The notes: a model not told the origin generated them from the letters alone. Shown: positions 52,301 through 63,830, counted from the first letter of the stretch. The stretch is 64,000 bases of DNA from Chrysemys picta bellii (GCF_011386835.1 NC_088807.1:20522001-20586000), one strand, 5' to 3'. Numbers and translations are program-made.

Positions 52301-55300
52301 AATGCCAGCACCCCTGGTTCTCTTCAGGCATCAGCCCGGTTCAACTCCCAGCTGGCGCTGAACGCCAGCCTGCGCGAGGAGCTGGAGACCCTGCGCATCG
52401 AACGTGGGCGCTTCGAACACCTTTACCGCAGGCTGGAGAGGGTGAGAGCTCTGCCAGAGGAGCGGGGGGCTGGGAGCCAGGACGCCTGGGTTCTCTCCCC
52501 GGCTTGGGGGTGGGGAGTGAGGTCTAAAGGTTAGAGCCGGTGGTGGTGGTTGTTAACCCCGTTTTTCCCTTCATGGTTCAAGCTGCACGTACCCCCTGTA
52601 CCCAGCCTGTCACATGGTGACCAGGGACCCATCAGTCCCCACAGAGCCCAATGTGGGAAACTGAGGCACCAATGGGCATCACTGGGAGGTGCACACAGGG
52701 TTTGGCCCCACCCACCAGTTGGGCTCTGATTGGTGTCTGATAGGACCCCTCCCCCCGGTGATGTGCATAAAATGAAGGGTTGTGGTTGGCTGATGCTGGT
52801 CCCAGTGGGAAGCAGGCATCTAATTGGCCAACAAAGGTCTTGTTAAGAAAGTGGTGTGGGATGGAGAGGTCTGATTGGCCAGTGAAGGTCCTGTGACACA
52901 GGGCCAGAACAGAGGGATTTGATTGGCTGACAGAGATCCCGCTATGACACGGGGCCAGAACGGAAGGAGCTGATTGGCCGAGAGAAGCCTATGACCTTCT
53001 CCCTTTGATTCCCAGGAGCTGCAGGAGACGCGGAAAGCCATTGGAGCCGTGATCGACTCCTCCTCCTCGGCCTTTGATGCTAGGTAGGGCCCCCGGCACC
53101 CACTGCGCCCCCTGCTGGCCCACAGCGCCTCCCGCTGGCCCACAGCGCCCCCTGCTGGCCCCTGGTGCCCCCTGCTGGACACATGGTGCCAAGGAGACCC
53201 ACAGCAACCCCTCCTGTCTCCAGGGTGCCCCTCTGCTGGCCCCACAATCTTCCCCCCCACCCGCTGCTCCGTGCACTCAGGATCGGCCACCCCATCCGCA
53301 CACATGTCACGGGCCTGTCTGATCTTGCCTCAGGGCACTGCCCCCTCCAGCAGAAGCCAAGGGCTAGTCGGGCTGTGGAAACTGAGCCCCCTGCACCCTC
53401 CATGGGAGCCCGGGAAGGGCAGGGTCGGGGTCTTGGTATCTCCTACTGCATAGAGTGGGGGAGCCAGGACTCCTGGGTTCTCTCCCTGGCTCTGGGAGGG
53501 GAATGGGATCTAGTGGTTAGAGCAGGGGATTGGGGGTTGGGAGCCAGGATGCCTGGGTTCTCTCCCTGGCTCTGGGAGGGGAGTGGGGTCTAGTGGTTAG
53601 AGCAGGGGGGCAGGCTGGGAGCCCGGACTCCTGGGTTATGTCCAGGGCTTTGCAGGCTGTTTGTGGGCAGGGTACCCACTTTTATTGCTCCCCTCCCGTC
53701 CTGCAGGGATGAGGCCCAGACCAAGCTGGGGCAGCTGAGGGAGAAGGCGGAGAAGGACTTGGCCCAGCATGGGGCCGAGATGAAGGAGCTGCAGCGGGTC
53801 CTGGACCACGACCGGCGCTTACGCCACTTCCTGGATGTCAAGGTGCAGGAGCGGACGTTCACCCAGGAGGCGCTGGAGGCCAAGCGCAGGAGAGGTACTA
53901 GCCGGGACGCCTGGGTTCTCTCCTGACTCTGGGAGGAGAGTGAGGTCTAGTGTTTAGAGCACGGGGCCTGGGAGCCAGGACTCCTGGGTTCGGTGGCTGA
54001 GGGGCTCTGACCGTGTCCGGTTTACTCCCCGTTCAGAGCAAGAGGAGGCCGAGGGGAAGCACCGGGACCCCAGGGAGGAGCTGCTGGAGTCCTATGAAGC
54101 TGCCTTCAAGCAGATCCAACAGATGACAGGGGAGGACGACCTGGATGTGCTGGTGGAGAAATTCATAGCAGGTGACGGGCAGGGGGCGCTGGCTCGGATC
54201 CGGCCCCAGGCGGGGGGCTCTCTCTCCAGTCCGCGGGCTGGGCTCTGATGGGGGACCTGACTCTGGGGGAGGGGGAGGGGTCTGTCAGGGGGGGAGATGT
54301 CTCTCTGGTCCGGGGGGGGGTGTGTCTATGGGGTTTCTCCAGTCAGGGGGAAGGGGTCTGTCGGGGGAGGGGGGGGGCTCTTTTCGGTCAGGGGCTCTGA
54401 CACCTCCCTCCCCCTCCCAGTTGAGGACCGGAATTTCGCCCAGTTCAACTACGTCAACGAGCAGAACAACGAGCTGGAGCGACTGGGGGAGCGGATCGCC
54501 CAGGTGAGGGGGGCCAGCCCCCGATAGCTCTGCCCCCCGCAGACAGCCCTGCCCCAACGCCCTCCAGGGTGGCGCTGCCCCCCACAGACAGCCCTGCCCC
54601 CCACTGTCCCCCATCATAGACCCTGTCCCCCATTGACCACCAGCATCCTGCCCCTCCACAGAAAGCCCTGCATCCTCCCAACTTCTCCCAAGGCCTTCTG
54701 CACCATAGACTGTCCTGCCCCCCATGCCCCGCATGGTGGCACTGCCCCCACATAGACAGCCCTTCCCCCTCTGTCCCCCATGGCTCTGCCCCCGGGGCCC
54801 TGTTCCCCAGAGACAACCCTGCTCCCTTCCAGGGCCATGCCAAATCCCGCCCCCCCTCCGAGGGCCATACCCAGCTCTGCCTGCCTCTCCCCCCTCCCAT
54901 GCCCTCCCTGTACCCTTCTGCGGCCTCCCAGGTGCGCCGGGAGATCCAGGCGGCGCGGGTCCAGGACGAGCAGGAGCAGCAGGAGCAGCGGGCGCAGACC
55001 CAGGCGCTGGAGATGCAGCAGGAGGCTGTCGTGCAGGAGGCCCAGCAGCTGCTGAGCAAAGAGAAGGTGGCCAGGAAAACCCTGGAACAGCTCAAAGAGG
55101 GTACGGAGCCGGGGGGGGGGGGAGGGGCGTGTCCTGGGACCCGCATCGTCCCTGCAAGCCGGTGGTAGAACCCAGGAGTCCTGGATCCCAGCCCCCTGCT
55201 CTAACCACTAGACCCAAATCCCCTCCCAGGGCTGGGGAGAGAACCCAGGAGCCCCGACTCCCAGCCCCCCTGCTCCCCTAACCACTAGACCCCACTCCCC

Positions 55301-56765
55301 TCCCAGAGCCAGGGATAGAACCCGGCGTCCTGGCTCCCAGCTCCCCCTCCTCAAGCTGTGGGTAGACCCCAGGCGTCCGGGCTGTCTGTCCCCGCAGGGA
55401 TCAGGTCGCTGTTCAGGAAGCTGGACTGTCAGTGCTCGGCGCTGGACGAGGCACTGGGGGGCTCGGCCGTGGTGCGGGATGGGAACATCCCCGTGTTCCT
55501 GGGTCTCCTGGAGCAGCGGGCCCACGAGCTGTTGGCCATGCGCTCCTACCTGGCCTCCAAGGTACGGGTAGCTGGGCGGGGGGGAGTTCTGCATGGGGGG
55601 GTGCTGGGGGATGGGACATTGTGGATGGGGTGAAGCTGGGGGGGATCTGTACTGGCAACAGTGGTGGGGGATGGGACCGTGCCAGCTGAGGGGGAGCCGG
55701 GGAGGGGGGCGTTGGGGGATGGGATGGGATGGGGAAACCAGGGGCGGGGGATCTGTGCTGGGGGAAGGATTGAGGGGGCAGGTCTATGTCAGGTGGGAGG
55801 AATTGCGGGGGTCGGTGCTGGGGGGATGTGTCCCAAGTGAGGGGGTGCAGGGAGTGGGATGGGATGGGGGGGATGGGATGAGGTGGGGAGGATGTGTGCT
55901 GGGGCAGAGATCAGGGGGATGGGATGATCTGAGGGGGATGTGGGGGGGCAGGAAATGAGCTCCCCACCCCCAGACCATCCCCCAACCTTTTCCGCCTCCC
56001 CCCAGAACTACGATCTGCCCTACGACCCCGAAGAGACGGCTCGACTGCTCCTGGGGCAGATGGCAGGTTACGCCCCCACAGCGTACCCCCTGCGGCCCCC
56101 CACTGCTGGGTAAGCACCGTGTCCCCAACCCCCTACAACCATGGGATTGGGGGGGGGGGCTCCCCCCCTGCCACCCACAGCACATATGGTCTAGAAAGAC
56201 CTGACCCAGGAGAGGGATGGGGTAGAGCTGGGGGGCTGGGAGCCAGGACTCCTGGGTTCTCTCCCGGCTCTGGGAGGCGAGTGGGGTCTAGTGGTTACAG
56301 CAGGATGGGGGTCTGGAGCCAGGACTCCTGGGTTCTCTCCTGGCTCTGGAAGGGGAGTGGGGTCTAGTGGTGAGAGCAGGGTGCGGGGGCTGGGAGCCAG
56401 GACTCTTGGGTTCTATCTCCCGCAGGAGGCAGTGGGGTTCACACATACTTAGCCCCCTCATTCTCTTTATCTTCTCCCCAGGGAGGAATATGAAGCTGGG
56501 AGTGAGGAAGAGGAGCGACCCCTCACCCACAGTGAACTGAGAGACCGCATCCTCCGGGAGGTGAGTGGGGCCTAGTGGTTAGAGCAGGGGGCTGGGCGCC
56601 AGGACTCCTGGATTCCCTCCCCAGTTCTTCCTGAATCAAGCTATCTTGTTTGCCTCCCCACAGGTGCTGAGCAAGGAGGAGACACCGTCCCCCAAGAAGA
56701 CCCAGTTCACCGAGCCGGGGGGGCTGCGGGCGGCTGGGGGGGCCCGGCGGCCCATGGAGGCCTGA
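46315..56765 (+). CDS. ODAD1: Outer dynein arm docking complex subunit 1 (CCDC114), complete spliced CDS, 561 aa coiled-coil protein
   Basis: join(46315..46381,47634..47733,48739..48928,51780..51902,52328..52441,53016..53083,53707..53894,54037..54171,54421..54503,54932..55100,55398..55561,56006..56109,56482..56560,56664..56765) = 1686 nt, GT-AG introns, one open frame. Motifs [51 protein letters not shown]114 is preferred over paralog CCDC63 because it sits next to EMP3. Confidence 0.9.
47634..47733 (+). CDS. ODAD1: ODAD1 coding exon 2
   Basis: [34 protein letters not shown]. Confidence 0.9.
48739..48928 (+). CDS. ODAD1: ODAD1 coding exon 3
   Basis: [17 protein letters not shown]...VTQLDQE. 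Confidence 0.9.
49245..51553 (+). mobile_element. 5'-truncated CR1 LINE (approx. 2.3 kb, ORF2 reverse transcriptase, disrupted) in ODAD1 intron 3
   Basis: [22 protein letters not shown] and KFADDTKL motifs; in-frame stop near 49756, frameshift near 50700; tail TTCTTGTGTTCTTATG. Confidence 0.96.
51780..51902 (+). CDS. ODAD1: ODAD1 coding exon 4
   Basis: [10 protein letters not shown]...[12 protein letters not shown]. Confidence 0.9.
52328..52441 (+). CDS. ODAD1: ODAD1 coding exon 5
   Basis: [38 protein letters not shown]. Confidence 0.9.
53016..53083 (+). CDS. ODAD1: ODAD1 coding exon 6
   Basis: [22 protein letters not shown](R). Confidence 0.9.
53707..53894 (+). CDS. ODAD1: ODAD1 coding exon 7
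   Basis: [45 protein letters not shown]... Confidence 0.9.
54037..54171 (+). CDS. ODAD1: ODAD1 coding exon 8
   Basis: [44 protein letters not shown]. Confidence 0.9.
54421..54503 (+). CDS. ODAD1: ODAD1 coding exon 9
   Basis: [28 protein letters not shown]. Confidence 0.92.
54932..55100 (+). CDS. ODAD1: ODAD1 coding exon 10
   Basis: [16 protein letters not shown]...KTLEQLKE. Confidence 0.9.
55398..55561 (+). CDS. ODAD1: ODAD1 coding exon 11
   Basis: [22 protein letters not shown]...[22 protein letters not shown]. Confidence 0.9.
56006..56109 (+). CDS. ODAD1: ODAD1 coding exon 12
   Basis: [34 protein letters not shown](G); donor GG|GTAAGC. Confidence 0.85.
56482..56560 (+). CDS. ODAD1: ODAD1 coding exon 13
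   Basis: [26 protein letters not shown]; donor GAG|GTGAGT. Confidence 0.87.
56664..56765 (+). CDS. ODAD1: ODAD1 coding exon 14 (terminal)
   Basis: acceptor ccccacag; [33 protein letters not shown]. Confidence 0.75.
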   Translation: MLSKEETPSPKKTQFTEPGGLRAAGGARRPMEA

Positions 56766-57492
56766 GGCAGAGGCTGGGGTCAGAGCTGGGTCTCCTTTGG
56801 CAAATAGCATCCCGGTCAGACTCCTGTAGTGTGTGCTGCTTCCCTCCACCCCCTTGTTCCCCTCTTTCTCCACCTTCCCCCCCCAGCCCTGTCCCCATCT
56901 GCACTGTCCTGGGACTGGATTCCACCTCTGCGCCTCTCCAGTTGAACGCACCCCGCCACCATCGTCCCCTCTGCCTTCCCGGGCTGCCTGTCGCCCTAGA
57001 TCTCGGGGAGCCATGGTGGGAACCCCCAGTACTGACGCCTCCCCCACACCAGATCAAGCTGTCCCCCTTTCCATCTGCTGAAGTGGCCGGTTCCTTTGGC
57101 CCAACAGCAGGGTGTGGGTGTCGGGCGAGGTGAGACCCTCCCACTGTCCCCCCCCAAACCACACCTCCACTCTGGGAATCTTGTCTAATCTTCAGGTCTC
57201 TCCCGCCAATCAATCATGGATGGAAGCTGGTTAATTTCACAATCTGAAATTGACCTGCTCCAGATGCACGACCCCTCCCCCCCCATGCACACCATGCCCC
57301 CCTCATACCACAGCCAGATGGTCCCCAAGGAGCATGCCCAGATACGGAGTGAGGCTGCCCCCTCCTGGTGAGATGGAAATTTTTCCTCCCCCTCCCCCCC
57401 GAACCGGGAGAGGGCAGACCCCCAACCCCAAAGTGAAGAATGCTGCATGGGAACCAGCGGTGGGATTGTATCAGTGGAGGGATGGAATCAGT

Positions 57493-57498
57493 AATAAA
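57493..57498 (+). terminator. Probable ODAD1 poly(A) signal
   Basis: AATAAA about 730 nt after the stop codon, followed by a GT-rich stretch. Confidence 0.5.
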
Positions 57499-58479
57499 TG
57501 CCACAAGGTTGTATTGTGTGAAACAGTGCTGCCCCCTGCTGGGCGTTTGTGTGAGCTCCCCACGCCCTGGGTGCGTCCCCTCTGGGGTGGGGCGCGAGGG
57601 CTGGTTATCCGGGGACCCCTCGCCCGGCGCTGGGATGCGGCCCCTCTGGGGTGGGGTGTGGGGGCTGGGTATCCGGGGCCTGCTGGCTTGATGTCCCCTA
57701 GCACTGCACTGGGGCCAGCGCTGACAGCCAGAGCAGAGCGCCCCCTATTGAGCCCCTGCCCCGCTCCCTGCTGCCCAGAATCTCCCAGAGCCCAATTAGC
57801 GAACCCAGGAGTCCTGGCTCGCTGTCCGTGCTGTAACCAATGGGGTCCAAGTGGACTGAGGGCAGGGGCCCGGAGGAGAGCTGCTGAAAGGTGTTGGCTG
57901 CTTCTTGCAATGCCGGCTCTGGGCACAGGAGGCAGCTCTGGGCAGGTCCTGACAAGAGGGGAAAGGCCCCATGTCCCATTTTCTGCCAGTGCCCACAGGG
58001 GAGAGGCCCCCAGCCCCATTCCCTGCCCCCCCCTTCCAGGAAGGAGCTTTGGGCCCGGGCTGGGGGGTGAATGAACCTTTTGTTCTCTGCTGCCACCAAG
58101 GAAAGGGGAAGTGGAACCAGTGGCTGCCTTGAGGAGGGAGTGTGGGGGGTGGGGCAGATTGGCCAGTCGTGGGGGGAGGGGGCTGGGAATTTTCATTTGT
58201 GGGGGTTCCTCCTGGCTTGCAGAGCTAAAAGGCAGCGCAGAGCGCTCTGTCGGTTCCCAGGCTCCTCCTGTTCTAACCCACTCCCCTCCCAGAGCCGGGG
58301 AGAGAACCCAGGAGTCCTGGCTCCCAGCCCCCTCTGCTCTAACCACTAGAGCCCACTCTCCTCCCAGAGCCGGGGAGAGAACCCAGGAGTCCTGGCTCCC
58401 AGCCCCCTCCCCCCGCTCTAATCACTAGACCCTGCTCCCCTCTGCCACACTGGCAGGGAGAGGGGCCCGATAGGGGTCA

Positions 58480-58603
58480 GGAGGGGTGTTATCAAACGGT
58501 GGGTCGCGACCCCGTTGTAATGGGGTCGGCAGGGCTGGCGTTAGGGGCTGTAATTTTTGTTGTCAGAAGCGGATCCGGGTGCGATGACGTTTTAGAACCC
58601 CTG
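58480..58603. mobile_element. Short hAT-like MITE
   Basis: Imperfect TIRs aggggtgttatcaaac / gttttagaacccctg with internal gggtcgcgaccc. Confidence 0.55.
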
Positions 58604-59059
58604 GATCAGATGCTGGAAGTTGGGGGTGGCACTAGGGTTGTCTGGGCAACCAAATATTGAGATCCTGTAGGGGCGGGGCCTCCTGTGGGACATCCCGGTA
58701 TTGGGGGAGGGGCGCTGCTGTCACCCCTGCCCCACCCGCTGGTAACAGAAGTTGGGCCAGATGTGGAGTGCAGCTGGGAAGCCCCTCCCCCATCCCCCAC
58801 TCCCGTCACCATGGAAACCAAAAACAGTCCCACCAAACACAGCTACCGCCTGTGGGGCACTGCTGAGACGAAGCTCGCAGCGCTGGAGTCCTCGGCTGGG
58901 GCACTGCTGGGGACACTACTGCAGAAGTGATGTGACAGTTACCGCAATCACAGGAAACACCTTTATTCTCTGAGCAACACCATAACAACCGTTCTGCAGG
59001 GCCCGGCCCTGCCCTGCACCCTCCCTGGATCACTTCCTTTTTCACCTCTCTGCCCCAGA

Positions 59060-60000
59060 TCCACCTAAGGGGCCCAGACACCCCGGTATCCTGCCCCTCA
59101 GATCCGCCCCCGGGGCCCATCCACCCCAGTATCCTGCCCTGCCCCTCGGATCTGCCCCCGGGGCCCATCCACCCCAGTATCCTACCCCTCAGATCCGCCC
59201 CCGGGTCCCATCCGCCCCGGTATCCTGCCCTGCCCCTCGGATCCGCCCCCGGGGCCCATCCACCCCAGTATCCTGCCCTGCCCCTCGGATCTGCCCCCGG
59301 GGCCCATCCACCCCGGTATCCTGCCCCTCAGATCCGCCCCCGGGGCCCATCCACCCCAGTATCCTGCCCTGCCCCTCGGATCTGCCCCTGGGGCCCATCC
59401 ACCCCGGTATCCTGCCCTGCCCCTCGGATCTGCCCCCGGGGCCCATCCACCCCGGTATCCTGCCCCTCGGATCCGCCCCCGGGGCCCATCCACCCTGGTA
59501 TCCTGCCCCTCGGATCCGCACCGGGGCCCATCCACCCCGGTATCCTGCCCTGCCCCTCGGATCCGCACCGGGGCCAAGCCACTCCGGTATCCTGCCCCTC
59601 GGATCCGCCCCCGGGGCCCATCCACCCTGGTATCCTGCCCCTCGGATCCGCACCGGGGCCCATCCACCCCGGTATCCTGCCCTGCCCCTCGGATCCGCAC
59701 CGGGGCCAAGCCACTCCGGTATCCTGCCCCTCGGATCCGCCCCCGGGGCCCATCCACCCCGGTATCCTGCCCCTCGGATCCGACCCTGGTGCCCATCCAC
59801 CCCGGAATCCTGCCCTGCCCCTCGGATCCGCACCGGGGCCAAGCCACTCCGGTATCCTGCCCTGCCTCTCGGATCCGCCCCCGGGGCCAAGCCATCCCGG
59901 TATCCTGCCCCTCAGATCCGCCCCCGGGGCCCATCCACCCCGGTATGCTGCCCCTCGGATCCGACCCCGGGGCCCATCCACCCTGGTATCCTGCCCCTGG
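59060..60000. repeat. 43/48-bp GC-rich minisatellite (GGTATCCTGCCCCTCGGATCCGCCCCCGGGGCCCATCCACCCC)
   Basis: About 20 tandem units. Confidence 0.95.
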
Positions 60001-60380
60001 GTGTGGAGTTCTGGGGGATGGGGGGCTGTGTGCACGGGGGGGTGGGAGCAGTGGGGTATGTGGGGGCTGTGTGCACGGGGGGGTGGGAGCTCTGGGAGAT
60101 GGGGGGCTGTGTGCATGGGGGGCTGGTAACTCTGGGGTATGGGGGGGCTGTGTGCATGGGGGTGGGAGCTCTGGGAGATGGGGGGCTGTGTGCATGGGGG
60201 GCTGGTAGCTCTGGGGCATGGGGGGGCTGTGTGCATGGGGGTGGGAGCTCTGGGAGATGGGGGGCTGTGTGCATGGGGGTGGGAGCTCTGGGAGATGGGG
60301 GGCTGTGTGCACAGGGGGGTGGGAGCTCTGGGGGATGGGGGGCTGTGTGCATGGGGGGAGCTCTGGGGTGTGTCTGCCGG
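60000..60380. repeat. Approx. 38-bp G-rich minisatellite (CTGTGTGCATGGGGGTGGGAGCTCTGGGAGATGGGGGG)
   Basis: Tandem units. Confidence 0.92.
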
Positions 60381-60469
60381 GGTGAGGGAAGGTGGGGGTA
60401 CATGGGGGGGAGTCGGGGGACACGGGCACGGGGTTATGTCCCTAGTCCATGCCCGGGGGTCCCGTCTCT

Positions 60470-60732
60470 GCCTGTGGGCGGGAAGGGGAGGGGCGGGGAC
60501 ACACACGCTGCCCCACCCTTCCCCGGGATGGCACGTGTACGCCACTGTCCCGGCTGGGCGGGGTGTCTGCCCCCTCCCCACACGCCCTTTCCGCCCTGAG
60601 CGGAGAGACCCCCCCGCCCAGCGCCGCGCTCCCAAATCTCTGCAGCTAGCGCGCAGCGGAGCAGCCAGCGCCCCAGATCCGCTCCGGGCCCCCAGCGCCG
60701 CACCCCAGCCGCCTCTCCGGGCCCCCAGCCAG
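60470..60732 (+). promoter_or_regulatory. CpG-rich promoter and probable first exon of an unidentified plus-strand gene
   Basis: Several GGGCGG boxes, CACGTG, CpG-dense pyrimidine-rich leader, donor CAG|GTAAAT at 60733. Confidence 0.5.
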
Positions 60733-63309
60733 GTAAATCTCTTGCTCCATGCGCCCCCCACTTCCTACGCATCGCGCCTAGAGCGCAATGGAAACGTGTC
60801 TGGGGGACCCCCAGCTCTGGGAGCGGCGTGTGGGGGGGTCAGACTCTGTGTGGGGCTTGGATCGAAACCGAGGGGTTATTTTTGGGGGGGGGGGATGAGC
60901 GGAACTTTTTGGGGGACCCAGCCCAATGTGGGGTTTGGGGGCATCACCGTTTTGGGGGGGTTGTGGGGAGAATGAGGGGTGTGTGGCTTGGGAGGATTTC
61001 TGGAGGCTGGGTCAAAAAGTGGGGGGTTTAGTGGGGGGTGAGTGGAGCATGTGGGGGGGGCTGCAGCGGGTGGGGTGACTTGGTGCTCTGCAAGATTAGA
61101 GGGGTCCGTTGTGATTTGGGGCTGGGGACAGCCCCTCTGGGGGGGGGGATTGGTCCCTCTGGGGGGGGTTGCTATGCCCTGTGGATGGCAGGATATTTCG
61201 GGCAGCTCAGGGTCCAGCCACACCCTGGTTGCACTGAGATTTGGGCGGGACTGTCAAACCTGGGGTGCAGCATTTGTGGGGCTACCCCTCTGTCCCCCCC
61301 AAAAAGCCCCACCACAGGACACTGCCCCCATGCCTCTTAACATATTCCCCCCCCCATAGGAATTTTGGCCCAACACTGGGGTAAATATTTTGCCGGGGGC
61401 GGTTACCCCACAAAAAGGAGGGAGCTGAAGAATCTCAGCCCCCCAGAAGAGGGGACTGTGGGGGGGATGACTGTGAGCCCCTATAATTCATCCCCTGATC
61501 TCTTGGTCCCTTGAGTGACATGGGAGGGGGGCTCACGGCTGGGGGAAGGAGTTTACCAGGCAGTGTCTGTCTGTCCCACTGGCGGGTGGGCCCTGCAGGG
61601 GGTGGCGGGCTGGTGGGGCGTGTCCGTCTGTCCCGCTGCCCCCTATAGGGAGGGCTCAGAACTGCCCCTGGTGGGGTGGGGTGGAGGTCACACAACATGG
61701 CAATGCAGGAGCCCCGCCTGGCGGGTTCTGCAGGCTAGGGAGAGAGAAGTGTGGGCTAGTGGTTAGAGTGGGTGGGGCCCTGGCATCAGCAGGGTTGTAT
61801 GGGCCGTGGGTTCTGCCAGAGAGAGCCGAGACCTGGACTTCCTGTGGCAGAGCAGGGCCAGTGCCCAGGGAGGCGTGAATCGAAATGTTGGAGAAGGGAG
61901 TGCGGGGACTTTTGTCCGGGCTGTTGGCACTATGGGGATCCACTGCCCTGGGCCAGCGCCGGGTGCCCGTAGACCTCGCTCAAAGGGCTCGGGGCAGGAA
62001 GGCGCGGGGTTGTGAGCTCCGTTTCACAGCTGGGGAAATAGAGGCACAGAGTGGGGTAGTGGCTCGCCCCAGGTAGCCCAGCAGGGCCAGGGAGTCCTGG
62101 CGCCCAGCCCCTGCTCTAACCACTAGACCCCACTGCCTGCACAGAGGCAGGACAGAACCCAGGCGTCCTGCTGCGCTCGCCTGGCTGGGGAAGCCCAGCC
62201 TCCTTCCAGGCCTGTGACCAAGGCCCTGAAATGCCGAAGGGAGGTGGAAAATAACATGCTGGGGATGGGTTTTCTCTAGGCCTTATAAGGGCAGCGGCTG
62301 CAGGCTGCCCCCCCACACTGCCCTTCCTCCCCCTCCCTTTGCCCCTCCTCTCTGGCCCCCAGCCCAGCACTACCCGAGAGACCAAGGGAGCTGCTCTGAG
62401 ACAGGCAAGCACTGGTCTAGTGGGTTGGCTGGGGAGGCTGGGAGCCAGGACTCCTGGGTTCCATGGTCAGGGAGGAGCAGGGCTCCCAGCCCAGTTGCCT
62501 AGTTTCTTCCCAGGCAGAGCGGGATCCGGTGTCTGGCTCCCAGCGTCATGGGCAAGGCCGGGGCTGGGCGAGTTTCCAGCCACCGCTCCCGCCTGACAGA
62601 CAACGACATAGCGGATCTGTGCGAGGGAGGGACCGAGAGGAAGTGACATGGCTCCTACTGGAGCCGTTAACTGCCTTCACCATCTCCATCTCCATCACCC
62701 CCGCTGTCACTAATTAACTTGACTGAGTGATTGGTTCTCCCAGCCCCTCCTCTCCTCAGAGGTGGGGAAACTAAGGCAGGCAGAGGGGCAGGAGTGGTGC
62801 AAAGGGTGCACAGTGTGTCAGGGGTAGAACCCAGGAGTTCTGGCTCCCAGCCCCCCCGCCCCACTCTAACCACTAGATCATCCTCCCCTACCATCAGGCT
62901 GGGCCCACTGCTCCGCTGTGGAGGGACCCCAGGACTGGGGTATGGGAACAGGTCTCCCTCCAAGTATCCGGCTCTCAGCTCCTCCCTGCCCCCCCTTCAT
63001 AAACCATATGTCCCCCCCCCCCCCAGTTCAATCTGAAGGTTCCTGGCCTGCCCCAGTGGCTGAAACCCTTTCACCCCCGCATCCAAGCAAGCAGGGAGAG
63101 GGGGGGGGGCAGTGGGTGGAAGCTAGGTGGGGAGGGAGCAGGGCAGCATTGGGTGGCAATGGGGAGCAGTGGGACATATTGGGGAGCAGACGTCTGACCG
63201 CTTGGTTCGGGGGGAGGGGACCTATGTGTATTCCCCCCCCCACTTCCCTGCTCCATGACAAGATATTTCTAGGCCTGGCTGAGCAGTTCCAGCTGTTGGA
63301 GTTGGGGGG

Positions 63310-63830
63310 AGGGGGCCCTGGCTCCCAGGACCGGGGGGGGGGGGGCGAAGGGGGGGCCCTGGCTTCCAGGGCAGGGCTGGAGGGGGGAGCGCTGGCTCCC
63401 AGGACTGGGGCAGGGCCGGGGGGGGGGGCCTTGGCTCCCAGGACCTGGGTGGGGCTGGATGGGGGGCGCTGGCTCCCAGGATCCAGACAGGGCCGGAGGG
63501 TGGGGGGTGCTGCCCTCAGGACACTGGGTGGGTCCGGAGGGGGGACACTGGCTCCTAAGATGGTGTGGGGCTGAGTGGCGGGGGGCGCTGGCTCCCAGGA
63601 CCCAGGGTGGGGCCGGAGGGGGGGCCGGTGGCTCCCAGGGTGGGGCCGGAGGGGGGGCGGTGGCTCCCATGACATTGGTGGGGCCGGGGGAGGGGGGCAG
63701 TTGTTGGCTCCCAGGACATGTGTGGGGCCGGCTCCCAGGATCCATGCGGGGCCGGAGGGGGTGGCCCTGGCCCTCAGGACACTGGGTTGGGCCGGAGGGG
63801 GGGCACTGGCTCCCAGGACCGGTCGGGGGG
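63310..63830. repeat. G-rich minisatellite (GGGGGCGCTGGCTCCCAGGAC...)
   Basis: Tandem diverged units. Confidence 0.85.

Noticed and set aside
58583-58592. CRE-like ATGACGT near the orphan X-boxes
   Set aside because: Lies inside the terminal part of a MITE
59182-60761. Long ORFs of 415 and 477 aa on the minus strand
   Set aside because: They are translations of two GC-rich minisatellites; the periodic peptide has no splice or codon evidence
63230-63310. Small exon between repeats (LELLSQA* on minus, or IFLGLAEQFQLLEL on plus)
   Set aside because: No matching donor or recognisable homology; cannot be supported
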